Shown here piece after piece: positions 52,411 to 64,000 of a stretch of DNA of 64,000 nt (position 1 is the stretch's first letter; each line of letters begins with the position of its first letter). Location of the stretch: contig NC_043006.1 in assembly GCF_006345805.1 (NCBI RefSeq), forward strand, positions 17,670,001-17,734,000. Reading direction: 5' to 3'. This stretch comes from Octopus sinensis. Its lineage: Eukaryota. The notes under the pieces are model-generated. The model made no database searches and was not told the origin of the DNA. It saw only the letters and a program-made list of their open reading frames with translations. The translations under genes and the position numbers were made by a program.

Positions 52411-52730
52411 CAAGGGTTTGCTGAAAATTTCATCAGCAAACTAAGATACTCTCATGGAATGGGACCAAATGAAGTTTATTTTTCAACACCGTTCCCCCTT
52501 GCAGTCCACAGATTTTTTCCATCAGTGTTGCAGTGCTTGGATCTTCACCTTTCCTGCAGATGAAACAACTTAGGCCTTCTTTGGAGCAGGTGAGGAGGAA
52601 TGTTTGCACTGATTAGATTGTCTCTGTCTCTGGCTCAAAGTGATGATGTGAACATCCTGGGTTATGAAATGTTTGAGGAAACCAGCTGGATCTGCTTCAA
52701 ACAGTGTAAGATTTTCCCATGGGGAACTAG
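52411..52730 (-). pseudogene. Internally deleted mariner (Tc1/mariner) relic
   Basis: TA followed by TIR-like CAAGGGTTTGCTGAAAA at 52409-52427. Minus strand shows FLKHFITQD..HHFEPET.QS.Q.KHSSSPAPKKA and the C-terminal IQALQH.WKK.VD.KG..VEK* remnants. Confidence 0.8.
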
Positions 52731-53284
52731 AACAGCATGAAGCGAAGTGTCCAGCTCAAGAAGATAACATGCTACCCAACCTGGGAATCGAACCCTTGAT
52801 CTAGCAATCATGAGTCTAACAGCCTAACCACTAGGCCATGTACCTTCACCTCTATGTATATACCATAAATATTTAAAATCCAACTTAAAGAGCTGTAGAG
52901 ATGTACTGTGCAAGACAAAGAATTGTCTGGTAATAATTTAGAACCCATATATCAAAAAAAGAGAATTGTAGAAAAATAATATATTAAAAGCATCAGTAGT
53001 GTTACTTTTTTGATATCAAAATAGCAGATCTTTAATTAGCTTGAGTCTAACTAATACCATTTTTGGAATCAACACTCTAAATATGCTCAGTCAGGTCTTA
53101 CTTCTGAGGAACCAAAATGTAAGGCACAACTGATGTCCTTAATTTCAATTTCCTTTATTGAATACATCGGTATATAAAGAGGTATCTTGTGTTCTCCAAA
53201 AATAGAGGTGATGGGGATTAAATCAATATATTACAATTGTGCACCCTGGATAATGTAAATTAATATATTTCTTTAAAAATTATT

Positions 53285-53600
53285 TGATGGCTGTGTGGTA
53301 AGTAGCTTGCTTACCAACCATATGGTTCTGGGTTCAGTCTCACTGCATGGTGCCTTGGGCAAATTTCCTCTGCTATAGCCTTGGGCTGACCAAAGCCTTG
53401 TCAGTGGATTTGATTGACAGAAACTGAAAGAAGCCCATCATATGTCCCCGTAGCTGAGCAGTTCGGCACAAGAGACCGATGAAATAAGTACTAGGTTTAC
53501 GAAGAATAAGTCCTGGAGTCGATTTGTTCAACTAAAGGTGGTGCTCCAGCATGGCCGCAGTCAAATGACTGAACCAAGTAAAAGAATATAAGAAAAGAAT
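53285..53600 (+). mobile_element. SINE family A with the internal microsatellite block deleted
   Basis: Head and tail match family A; middle missing. Confidence 0.85.
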
Positions 53601-54772
53601 AAGTCAAAACCACATCATAAAAGGAACAAACTAAAGATTAAATCATTGTTTTCAAGATAACCAAAAAAGGAAAATTAAGAGGAAATATGATAAAAAAGAA
53701 CTTCCTTAAAGTTAGTCTATTTATTCATGTATAACCAGCATATTTTTTTCCAAATTTTTAAACCCAGATACACATTGTACATGAGAACTAAACTGTTACA
53801 CCTACCTTTGTATTAAAGATCTTATTGTACGCAATTTGCCTCATGAAATGACACACGAAACACTGGTGGGAGTAAAATGTTTTATCACGATTTATAATTT
53901 TAAATGTTGTTTCATTGTATTAAGATACCGTTTTGCTTTGTATTTAATTTTTTTTAAAATTAATAGAAAAAAAAAACAGTTTTGGTGAGACTGACTTCCA
54001 AGTTTAGAAACAGTAAAACTTAATGTGGAAATAAAAGTATCATGTTGATTATGCGTTCACTACTCTGTTAGTAATGTGCGTTCACCATCATAAGACATAA
54101 AAACCTGCAGATATCCAGTTGTTGTTTAATCCCAGGTTTGCCCTTATCCAGCAGACCTATGTTGAAAAATATGCATCCTGACCACCCCATTATATTTTCA
54201 GATATTGGGTTTTATTCTTGTGTTCTGTTTTTCAAAAAAAAAAAAAAATGCTTGAATATGATTTGAGGGAGATTTGTTTGTTATTTCTAGCAGTTTTATT
54301 GACCACATAAATGTTACCCCACAAGCCTGAACAAATATTTGCTGTGGTTTAACAACGGGTCTTAAGACCTAATTCACAATAATCCTGCTGTGATGATTTG
54401 CTGTTGCCACATCTCCATCACCTGTAAAAACTTGTAAAAATCCACACAGCGTTCAGATTATATAAAGGTATTTTTACATAGTGGTTATGTTTTCCAGAAA
54501 CCAGTTAATTTCAGTAAAGTAATGCTTTTGTAATTTGATATATGACAACACAGATCAGTAGACAGTATGTTATTATACTAAATGTGATGTATCTTTCGTT
54601 TTTGGATTTGGTTTGCAAGATTCTTTATATGAGTTCATGTGTTGAAGCATATTCTGTTGTGTCTGGGGAGAATCATTTTCTTTTGTGCCTTATTATTTAA
54701 CACACTCCCCAGACACAGCAGTGATATATCTTATTTGTGTTTTTTACCTTTTGCCTTCATCACTCCTTGCAG

Positions 54773-54938
54773 ATGTTGTTGTGGACGGGAAGAAGATAGA
54801 CATGTTGCCCTTACACGGGAAATTGCTGCTGACTATACAGAAGAACGTTGGCATCCGCTCCGCCACACTGAAGTGAAACCGACAGATGCTTATGGGACAA
54901 TAGAATTTCAGGGAGCCCCACATCCTAGTAAAGCTCAG
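54773..54938 (+). CDS. TRPM: TRPM channel internal coding exon, 166 nt, phase 2 to phase 0
   Basis: Acceptor cactccttgc-AG at 54771-72, donor CAG|GTAAAT at 54939. Translates (K)CCCGREEDRHVALTREIAADYTEERWHPLRHTEVKPTDAYGTIEFQGAPHPSKAQ, containing the TRPM hallmarks CCCGR and PTDAYGTIEFQG. Confidence 0.97.
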
Positions 54939-54979
54939 GTAAATCACTTCACTCTGTTGTTATCGATGTACATGCTGTT

Positions 54980-55335
54980 TGTTTGTTTGTTGAGCGAAGT
55001 GGTCTTCATCCAGAATGGGAGAAGTCTGATACGTGGTCCTTTGCTATTCGTAAGACCCGCAGAAGAGAAAGCAGGTCGACCCCCGACACCGAGAGCATCG
55101 ACGGATGGATGAATGCGCATCCAGGCTCAGCGGTTGCGTAGGAAGTCGGGGACAAGAAACAGGAAGAAAGAGTGAGAGAAAGTTGGAGCGAAAGAGTACA
55201 ACGGGTCGCCACTACCCCCTGTCGGAGCCTCATGGAGCTTTAGGTGTTTTGTTCTCAATAAACGTACGCAACGCCTGGTCTGGGAATCGAAACCGCGAGT
55301 CCGCTGCCCTAACCACTGGGCCATTGCGCCTCCAC
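54980..55335 (-). mobile_element. tRNA-head SINE family E with (AAAC)n tail and 14-bp TSD
   Basis: Minus head gtggaggcgcaatggcccagtggttagggcagcgg; TSD atgtacatgctgtt at 54966-79 and 55336-49. Confidence 0.92.
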
Positions 55336-55838
55336 ATGTACATGCTGTTGGAAAGGCTATCCAGTTTTAACATATACATCATCACGACCATTTTAACCCT
55401 TTTAGCATTCACATTATTCTGTCAAATGTAATTCTTATTTATTCACATTCTATTAATCACGCATTATCTTGTAGCTTTGAGATTTCAATGATGTGTTTGT
55501 TTACTTTTAGAATGACATTGTAGGGTAGGTGTATGACATTGGATTTGGCCAGTTTGAGCATTAAACAAGTAGAACATTTTGGCCAGATATGGCCAGTTTA
55601 AATGCTAATGGTTGATGTCTGGTTTTCCATGGGCTTGCATGGGTCAGATGAGATTCATCAAGGCAGATTTTCTATGGCTAGATATTTTTTTATGCTGCCA
55701 ACCCTCATCTATTTTCAAGTCGGGTACTATTTCCCTGTGGGCAGACAGGTTTTTCACAGCAGACTGGAAACAAATAACACCGCTTATATGATGGTGGCAC
55801 TCATTTACAACCATCACATTATCAAGAGAAAGGTTCAT

Positions 55839-55877
<39 letters not shown>

Positions 55878-55926
55878 CACACACACGTTCACACACACGT
55901 TCACACACAACGTTCACACACACGCA

Positions 55927-55962
<36 letters not shown>

Positions 55963-56904
55963 ACAAATTTCTTTCAGTTTTTGTTTACCAAATCCACTCA
56001 CAGGACTTGGTCAGCCTAGGGCTATACTAGAAGACACTTGTCCAAGGTGTCACTCTGTGGGACTGAACCTAAAACCACATGGTCTGGAAGCAAGCATCTT
56101 TATCACATGGCTACACCTGTACCTATTCTTCAGAATTATCCAATTCAATGCCTAGAATAGGTTAATGTGCATAAAATGTGAATGTGAAAAAAAAATAGCA
56201 ATAAAATTGATATAAAAGGAGATATTTATATAACATCTGTATACTTCATTAAACCTACATGCTGCTGTGATTATTCATTACACATTTGTTAAATTAATTT
56301 AGAAGATGGATTTTAATTATATGATTTAACCAAATCTTTTTTTCTTTTTTAAATCTAAAATGGAATTACCTTCCATTTTAATGATGCATCTTTTACATCA
56401 TTATCCTTCTCGTCATAATTTAACATGTGATTTCCTCGTTGGCATGGGCTGGAGATTTTGACAGTCTGAGGACGACTGTTATGCATCATTCTCTTCTTTG
56501 GCATCGTATCTCTGACTGGATCCCCAACTTAATCCTCTGCTTAGCACCGTCTTTACTAAGTAGATTGAATGTTTTTTTTTCATAGCAACACCACTAGTAA
56601 TAAGTGCCTCATAACTTGAAAAGTTATAGCCCTAAAGTGGCCCATATAAGTGAAGGAAAATAGAAGAGGAATATTTTTGTTTATCTTCAACCAATTTAGA
56701 TGAGTTATGAGTGCAAAATACTTTTCTTATTTTTAATATAGATTTTAGAACCATTTTGAAGATATAAATTTAATGATATACTCTCTCATGCTAAGACATC
56801 TTAATATCCCCTTCTTTTATCATTACTGCTATTACCATCACCATTGTCAGTATAGATACGTAATAGATAAAAGATAGAAAGGTGTGTCGTTTATTGTATC
56901 CAGT

Positions 56905-57177
56905 ATTTCAGTGCTGCCTTGACTGGCTTCCGTGCCAGTGACACGTAAAAAGCACCAACCAATCGTGGCCATTGCCAGCCTCACCTGGCACCTGTGCCAG
57001 TGGCATGTAAAAAGCACCCACTACACTCATAGAGTGGTTGACGTTAGGAAGGGCATCCAGCTGTACAAACACTGCCAGATCAGATTGAATTCTGGTGCAG
57101 CCATCTGGCTTCCCAGACCCTGGTCGAACTGTTCAACCCATGCTAGCATGGAAAGCGGACGTTAAATAATGATGATT
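56905..57177 (+). mobile_element. Family C
   Basis: Two VNTR units plus tail. Confidence 0.85.
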
Positions 57178-58895
57178 TTAAGTTCACACCTAACAATTGT
57201 TGACTGCATTTTCATCGGAATACATTGGTGCCTACCACTTTTAGTTGTTGTATACCCCTCCCCATAAAGAAAAATTTTTTTAGCAAAAGCACCAACTCCT
57301 TCATTTTCCACCCCTTTTATATTTTACTACCTTTTCTCCAAAACTCCTACCATTGCTAATTATGTCAACAAGAACTATTTACTGTTCCAGAAGTCCTTGA
57401 CTTATGATAAGTACCCTCATTGCTAATGTTTCCATAACCAACAAATTTAAAATCTAGGTACCTGCTAATCTATCAAAGATCCACTATACTTCTGTATACT
57501 TATTGCCAGCTTTGTATTATCTCTCCACCACATGTTGAGCAAGACACATACATGGTGTGCAAGCATTATAGCACTATAGACTACATTTGTGGAAAACTTG
57601 TTATTTGCTATGTGCATGTATCACAGCTGAAACTGTTTATTTGAAACATTTACGAGAATACCATTTCAAAAGTTCATAGCTTTGGTAAAGTGCTTGCCAT
57701 AGTCTTAAGAATATTGGTGTAAAAGTTGACAAAAACATGAAAAACCAACTATTATTAATTGATTTTAGATATAATTCTTCAGCTTGCTATAAATGATAAG
57801 GTGTGTTTGTTGAGCTGTGGTTTTAAAAAAAAAAGAATGTTTGATATCATTTGCCCTACGATGATTATTAGTCCAGCTGCCGTGCAAAGCAGCGGATATC
57901 GTCTGCTTTTCTTTAATCTCTCGATCAATAAACTTGTTCTTGGTCTCGTATCACTCTTAGCGGTTAGTTCAGTGATGTGTATTTTAGTTTATTCACATTT
58001 CGTCGCATTAGAAGAATATTATGATTGGAAGAAGTTCGTTGCTAAAGTTGTTTACAATTATTGAATTTTTTTTTTTTTTTGTTTTCATTTTAAGAAAAAA
58101 AAAAAAAACTGAAGTGATATTTAAGTTTGATTTTGTTATTGCTGCACTAATGTTTTCAGAAAATATTAACGACAACTTTATATTACCTGATTAGCTGTAT
58201 GCATTTGTGCTTTGAATTTCCAAAAAAATAAATAATAAATAAATAAATAATAATAACAAAATATTGATAATACATAAAAAGAATGATAATAATAACATCC
58301 ATTTATATATTTTCAAAAATTGCTAATAATCAATAAAATTCCATTTATTTCATAACAATAAACAAATGAATTATTTTATTATTTTCATAAATCATTATTC
58401 TTCAAAGGTTTGTCATGTGTTTTTCATGGTACTAAATCAAAATGAATCCAACAAAATTTCTCAAATTCTTCAACTTCTGTTGAGTTTCCTTTTTTTCCCC
58501 TTTTCTACTTAAATATCCAGTGTTTTCCTAACTATGATATAATTATATTTAGTTTGTTTTAATTTGCATATTTTAAATTATATTTTATATTATTAGTAAT
58601 ATATGGAAATAATAGAGTACGCAAATAAATTCTGTAAAAAGGGTTTATTTTGTTGAGATGATAATTAGGATAACTTTGTGTGTGTTTGTATGTACTCTGC
58701 TCGTAACAAGGGTCAGGTGAATTGTCCATTATGCTTAGCAAATACTATCACTTAGGTAAACTATGGAATCAAATCAGGAACATAATCAGATGTATATATG
58801 GTAACACAATGTAAAGCAGTTACATGCTGTAAAATGGTTGGCATTGGGAAGGGCAAACCATACCAAAGCTGACATGGAACACAATACATTTTTTT

Positions 58896-59105
58896 TTTTC
58901 TTTACTACCCACAAGGGGACAAACAAGGACAGGCAAATGGATTAAGTTGATTACATCGACCCCAGTGCATAACTGGTACTTAATTTCTCAACCCTGAAAG
59001 GATGAAAGGCAAAGTCGACCTCGGCGGAATTTGAACTCAGAACATAACGGCAGACGAAATACAGCTACGCATTTCGCCCTGTGTGCTAGTGGGTCTGCCA
59101 GCTTG
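58896..59105 (-). mobile_element. SINE family B
   Basis: Reverse similarity to 42438-42674. Older relatives at about 34125-34340 and 38538-38760 (+). Confidence 0.85.
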
Positions 59106-60325
59106 CCATGGAACAATACAGTCCTGTAGCTCACTGGATCCTGTCAAACCATCCAACCCATGTCATCATTGTTAAATGATAATGATGATGTAAGGCAATT
59201 GACTGATCGATAAATATTTTAAATTAGGTGTGTTAAATAAATTAATGATATATTTAGTTTTGAATCACAACTCAGAGGAGCAACTGCTGTACTTTACTAA
59301 ATGGTACCCTGAGTTTAAATCAAACCACTCTAATGTTTCACCAATATGAAACTAAGGATGTTAAGAAAGCATATCAAGATTTATTAAAACTTTACCAGCA
59401 CAATAGATAAATTATGTTTCCAATTTCGTTCCATATTTAAGGTTGTTTATTTTTTTTACCATAAAAATAAAGATAATAGATAACAACTCCCAAAAGTAGA
59501 TGAGGTGACAAGTGTATAACCTAGAATATAGTTTGCAAAGATGTTCTCTCTGAAGATTGTACCTTCAGTATTACTACCTATAATAAGCTCTCTTATATTT
59601 TCTACATTTCACTTGAAAGTAGACCTCCCCTGTCCTCAGTGGTGTGATCATTCAATCTGAATAAACTGTACATTTTCATTTTGAAAAGTTTGTAAATGCG
59701 TAAATTTGAATGAGAGTAATTTATCTAGAGAAAAATAATCTTTGAATTACAACATTAATAAGAAGCAATGTTTGAGTAAAACGTATTGTAGAAGTGGTGC
59801 TATGCTTATGTTCTTGTAAGAAATTTCTTTGGTTACATATATAGTGTGAATAGAGATTGTTACTGATATAAAAGAAAGAAAATTAACATATTTTATTAGA
59901 TACCTGGTGACTTCACGATGCAGTAAATCAATAACTCATTCAGTTGAAAATATCTTATATTAAGACTGGCTGAAACAAGAGTAGACGATAACCAGTGTTC
60001 TTGCTCTGGTTCATGACTGCAGAGAAGAAAGAGATTTGAGTTTTGCTTTTATAGTCTGTGCATGGCTGAGAGGTTTCTGCCTTGTCATTGGTCCAGGTGA
60101 CCAGTGAAGGTTAAGGAATGACTACAAGTTCATCTGGTTACATGAGATGGCTCTTCATTAACCGTTTCTAGATTTCTTTGAAAAACAGTAACCAAAAAGT
60201 ATGAAAGGAAAACAAAAGACAGTAACAAAAATCGAACAATCATACAAATATACTCAGAGGAGTGAGTGTCATAGATGGTGTGTCTGTGAAGAGATTAACA
60301 GAGGGTCTCCTATGTATGCATGTGT

Positions 60326-60732
60326 AAGATGCAACCGGTGCTTAAATGATGTGCAAGTGGGGTGTGCATTATGTTTGTACAAGATGCAAGTGGAGTTTAC
60401 GTATGTGCAGACACAAGATGCGAATGATTTCTGTTTGATGTGTATGTAAGATGTAAGCAAGTTCTGTCTGAAGTGTGTGCAAGATGCAAGTGGGGTCTGT
60501 CTAGTGTGTAAGATGCGTGGTCTGCATGTGTGCATCTGCAAAATGCAAGTGGGTTCTGCCTGATGTCTGTACAGGATGCAAGTAGAATCAATATGATGTG
60601 TGTACATGATGCAAGTGGGCTCTATATGCATGTGTCTGCTAGATGCAAGTGGATTCTACATGATGTATCCATGCAGGAGTGATAAGCATACACCAGATGC
60701 AAGTGGGTTGTGCATACACCAAATGCAAGGGA
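60326..60732. repeat. Degenerate minisatellite of about 33 bp with conserved GATGCAAGTGG core
   Basis: Core or variants at about 60327, 60349, 60382, 60416, 60449, 60482, 60511, 60541, 60574, 60607, 60641, 60695 and 60721. Confidence 0.8.
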
Positions 60733-61761
60733 GATTTGTACAAAATGACCGAGGGATGGTATTAGTGTTTTACTGTGAATACAATTAGGAATTTACTTTA
60801 CTTGGAACCACATGTTTTCTGTGGAAGCTGAGTTAGTTTGCAAGCTGAAATAGTTTTCTTATAAACTTCTGTAGTATTAACTGCAGCCGTGAAAGGCAAT
60901 GTATATATGAAGATATTGAGGTAATATCATTGAGCTTACCCGAGTTCTTGATATGAGTTCATATTGGTCCCTTTTAGGGATTATCTGAGTCACATGGTGA
61001 TTACTACTACAGTTGGTACTTCATAGCTCATCTATTGTCCTCAGCAAGTTTGCACTATTTCTAGCTGAAGTGAGGGCCTATAATGTGGGTGTAGAGTGTA
61101 TCTTGTAATATTATTTTATGAATCGGGAAATTGAGGTTCTGTGTGTAAACCAGAAAGCTGGCTTGTTGGTCAGAAAGGAGGCAGCTTTATGTTTACAACC
61201 AAATATTAGTGCCATTTGATTACCATAGTTACAGCAGTAAGTTAAAAGATAGATTTGGTAGATGTTATCAGAAAAGACCAGTTTGACTATTACAAATTAT
61301 TACAAGTCAAGGTTGCTAATGTAGAAAATTTGGATACAACAAAGCATTATACTTAGGTTCTCTCTTATTTTTTATGTACCAGTAAAAGTTTGACCTCTAT
61401 AGGCCCAATTTGTATAATAATTTGCTGCTGTTAACCAGCCTATTTACTTCCAAAAATGTTTTAGGATTGGAACAAGAAACATTTTCAGTTATAACACTCA
61501 TAAGAAACAATGTTTGAGTTAAAAGTGTTGTAGAAATAGTTGTATTATGAATAAGTTCTAGAAATACTGTTCTTTTAGATCACATGTGAATGAAAAGCAT
61601 TGCTGAAATAAGAGGCTGGAAATAAATATACTTGGTTGGATACCTTGCGGAATTGAGATATAACAAATCAATGTCTCATTCAACTGAAGCGTGTCTAGTA
61701 ATAAAACTAGTTGAAACAAAAGTAGACAGTGAAAAGTTTCACCATTTCCTGCTCTAGAGAG

Positions 61762-61837
61762 AGTCATTCAGCAGCTATATAGCCATACACTGGTCACTTA
61801 TGTAGCCAGTGTATGGCTATATAGCTGCTGAATGACT
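61762..61837. repeat. Perfect 32-bp inverted repeat with 12-nt loop
   Basis: agtcattcagcagctatatagccatacactgg-tcacttatgtag-ccagtgtatggctatatagctgctgaatgact. Confidence 0.95.
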
Positions 61838-62229
61838 GAAACTTCACCTGGTTGCATGAAGGAGGGTCACCACATACGTAACGATGTACAAAACTACCAT
61901 CATTATTATTGTTTTAGCATTCACTTTTTCATGCTTGCGTAGCTCAGACAGAATCAGGTGGTAGATTATTTTATTGTTGGATGCCCGTCCTATCACCAGT
62001 TCTCACCTGTTTCCAAGTTAGCTAAAAGAACAGCAATGAAAAACAGAACCAATATTTAATCAATTTTGTAACTAATGTAACAACTGCTGCTGATTTTGCA
62101 CACACTTCAACTGGTCATACTGTCCTGCAGTTGAAGTCTTTGGACCGGGTGACACGTTGTGTTCTTGAGCAAAACACTTCATTTCACATTGCTCCAGTTC
62201 TTAAGGACTGTATATATATTCTTTTATTA

Positions 62230-62375
62230 TTTTACTAAAGCACCACCTTTAGTCAAACAAATTGACTTCAAGACTTATTCTCTGTAAGCCTAGTACTTCT
62301 TGTATCAGTCTCTTTTGCTGAACTGCTAAGCTATGGGGGCAAGTGCTGGTAGGAGGACAAACACTGACACACAAA

Positions 62376-62408
<33 letters not shown>

Positions 62409-62531
62409 AATGGCTACTTTCAATTTCCATCTATCAAATCCACTCACAAGGATTTGGTCCGCCTGAGGCTATAGCAGAAGAAACCTAGAACCATGTGGTT
62501 GGGAAGCAAGCATCTTACCACACAGCCACTC
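62230..62531 (-). mobile_element. SINE family A, diverged
   Basis: Reverse similarity to family A. Confidence 0.7.
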
Positions 62532-62540
62532 ATATATATA

Positions 62541-62577
<37 letters not shown>

Positions 62578-62580
<3 letters not shown>

Positions 62581-62974
62581 GCACATGCCGTCAGTAATTA
62601 CTCAGAGTAGGCAGTTGGTGACCTAAATGTAGTAAAACACAAAAAATAAACGAAACACATGCACGCAACTGAGCTGTAGGCAGATTTACTTCTGCCTTTA
62701 TAGGACGTTAAGAAAACGATGTTGTAGGAGTGTACGCAGCATGTGTACTACAGCAGTACTATGCGTAGCTTTAATGCTGAGATTGAAAGGCAGGGGCGAA
62801 TTATTCCTACCTAATCTACAAAAAGAATAAAATATTTTGCATTTTATGCATAGTAATCAGAGTAACCATCATAATTTTATTGAATTGGGTGCATATTTTG
62901 TCATAAAAGGAAAATGTTGCTATCAATCTATTTTATTCAAGGTAAGCACTGCCTACCTAGACTGCACATACCTG
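62578..62974. mobile_element. About 397-bp MITE-like element in (TA)n, copy 1
   Basis: CAGG...CCTG ends, imperfect TIR (tcaggcacatgc / gcacatacctga) and subterminal gtaggcagt / actgcctac inverted repeat. Confidence 0.6.
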
Positions 62975-63018
<44 letters not shown>

Positions 63019-63020
63019 AT

Positions 63021-63415
63021 CAGGCACATGCCGTCAGTAATTACTCAGAGTAGGCAGTTGGTGACCTAAATGTAGTAAAACACAAAAAATAAACGAAACA
63101 CATGCACGCAACTGAGCTGTAGGCAGATTTACTTCTGCCTTATAGGACGTTAAGAAAACGATGTTGTAGGAGTGTACGCAGCATGTGTACTACAGCAGTA
63201 CTATGCGTAGCTTTAATGCTGAGATTGAAAGGCAGGGCGAATTATTCCTACCTAATCTACAAAAGAATAAAATATTTTGCATTTTATGCATAGTAATCAG
63301 AGTAACCATCATAATTTTATTGAATTGGGTGCATATTTTGTCATAAAAGGAAAATGGTTGCTATCAATCTATTTTATTCAAGGTAAGCACTGCCTACCTA
63401 GACTGCACATACCTG
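63021..63415. mobile_element. About 395-bp MITE-like element in (TA)n, copy 2 (tandem direct repeat)
   Basis: Identical to copy 1 except four single-base homopolymer indels. Confidence 0.6.
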
Positions 63416-63417
63416 AT

Positions 63418-63448
<31 letters not shown>

Positions 63449-64000
63449 ATATATATATAGGAATAAAATTTATATATAAAGAAACAAGAACGTGAAATAC
63501 ACAAAGAGACGAACACAGAAAACAGACAGGTCATTCGAAGCCTTTAATCTTCAGTCAGAAACCGGATCATCATAGCAAATTTCGGCTGATTAATTCTGAT
63601 ATTTGCTCCAACATGGCCAGCCCCAAGGAAAAACTAAGCTGTGAGCATTAGATTTCTTGGGAAAAGGAACGAATGTAAATGCAAAACAGAGACGAATATA
63701 GATACAAAAAATGAAAACAAAAATAAAAACAAGAATGGTTAATAACAGGATAACAACAGGTGTCTTACAACTTTAGACAAAATGAGACAAATATAACTTA
63801 TATTCCCTCTGGAGAATTTCCTTGTAGTTTGACCGTTGATGGTCTATTTCTAGCATACGGCCGACTCCCTAGCAGTAAGCCCTGCCAATATACACATATA
63901 TTAGAATTTTATCTGACTCCTCAGATTTTTGTATGCTAGACTACTGGTTTTAAATTGATATTAAAATTAATATTAATTTATCTCCCTCATTATTTAAATA

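Noticed and set aside
54639-55112. 157-aa ORF as a standalone gene
   Set aside because: Only 54773-54938 is TRPM-like and splice-bounded. The rest is intron and antisense SINE read-through.
60055-60096. AG-preceded SVHG resembling the TRPM ISVHGG motif
   Set aside because: Immediately followed by TGA and lacks the preceding YIRL...LPKL sequence. The next TRPM exon appears to lie beyond the window.
61015-61050. Minus-strand CTGAGGA-caATAG...CTAT-GAAG-TAC motif
   Set aside because: GAAG instead of GAAA and no valid UH or stem I register.
61762-61837. Homology to miR-204/211 hosted by vertebrate TRPM3/TRPM1
   Set aside because: No resemblance to the recalled miR-204 sequence; the hairpin is kept only as a generic candidate.
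63430-63830. Penelope-terminus-like repeat with CTGAAGA...cttcGAAT and cagccGAAA on the minus strand
   Set aside because: No consistent stem I/III or UH site, so not called a hammerhead; element identity too uncertain.

Overview
AT-rich, repeat-saturated animal genomic DNA. The SINE families and microsatellite load look like an octopus (coleoid cephalopod); this is inference from recalled repeat sequences. The only host gene I can support is the 5' part of a TRPM cation-channel gene on the + strand. It has two firm exons, 49793-49872 (80 nt) and 54773-54938 (166 nt), giving CQRAWIERVFCKRECIRFIPSSRDHSK|CCCGR...PTDAYGTIEFQGAPHPSKAQ. Several candidate alternative first coding exons upstream all end in phase 0 (best: 23117-23248, 36819-36929, 17372-17383). 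The next expected exon was not found before the window ends. The rest is intronic or flanking DNA: at least five tRNA-head or RTE-tail SINE families (several with clean TSDs), TTAA/piggyBac-type MITEs, non-autonomous Helitrons including a head-to-tail dimer, and relics of mariner, Chapaev-like and Penelope elements. Many more degraded copies exist than are itemised. The most unusual signals are: (i) five minimal type-I hammerhead-ribozyme-like motifs in the first 16.4 kb, two of them inside a head-to-head pair of a tRNA-head SINE-like element and one with a non-canonical core; (ii) the alternative N-terminal exon set of the TRPM gene; (iii) two near-perfect intronic hairpins (95-bp and 32-bp stems); (iv) a 33-bp degenerate array with a conserved core. 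Nearly all long ORFs in the supplied track are microsatellite or SINE artefacts.
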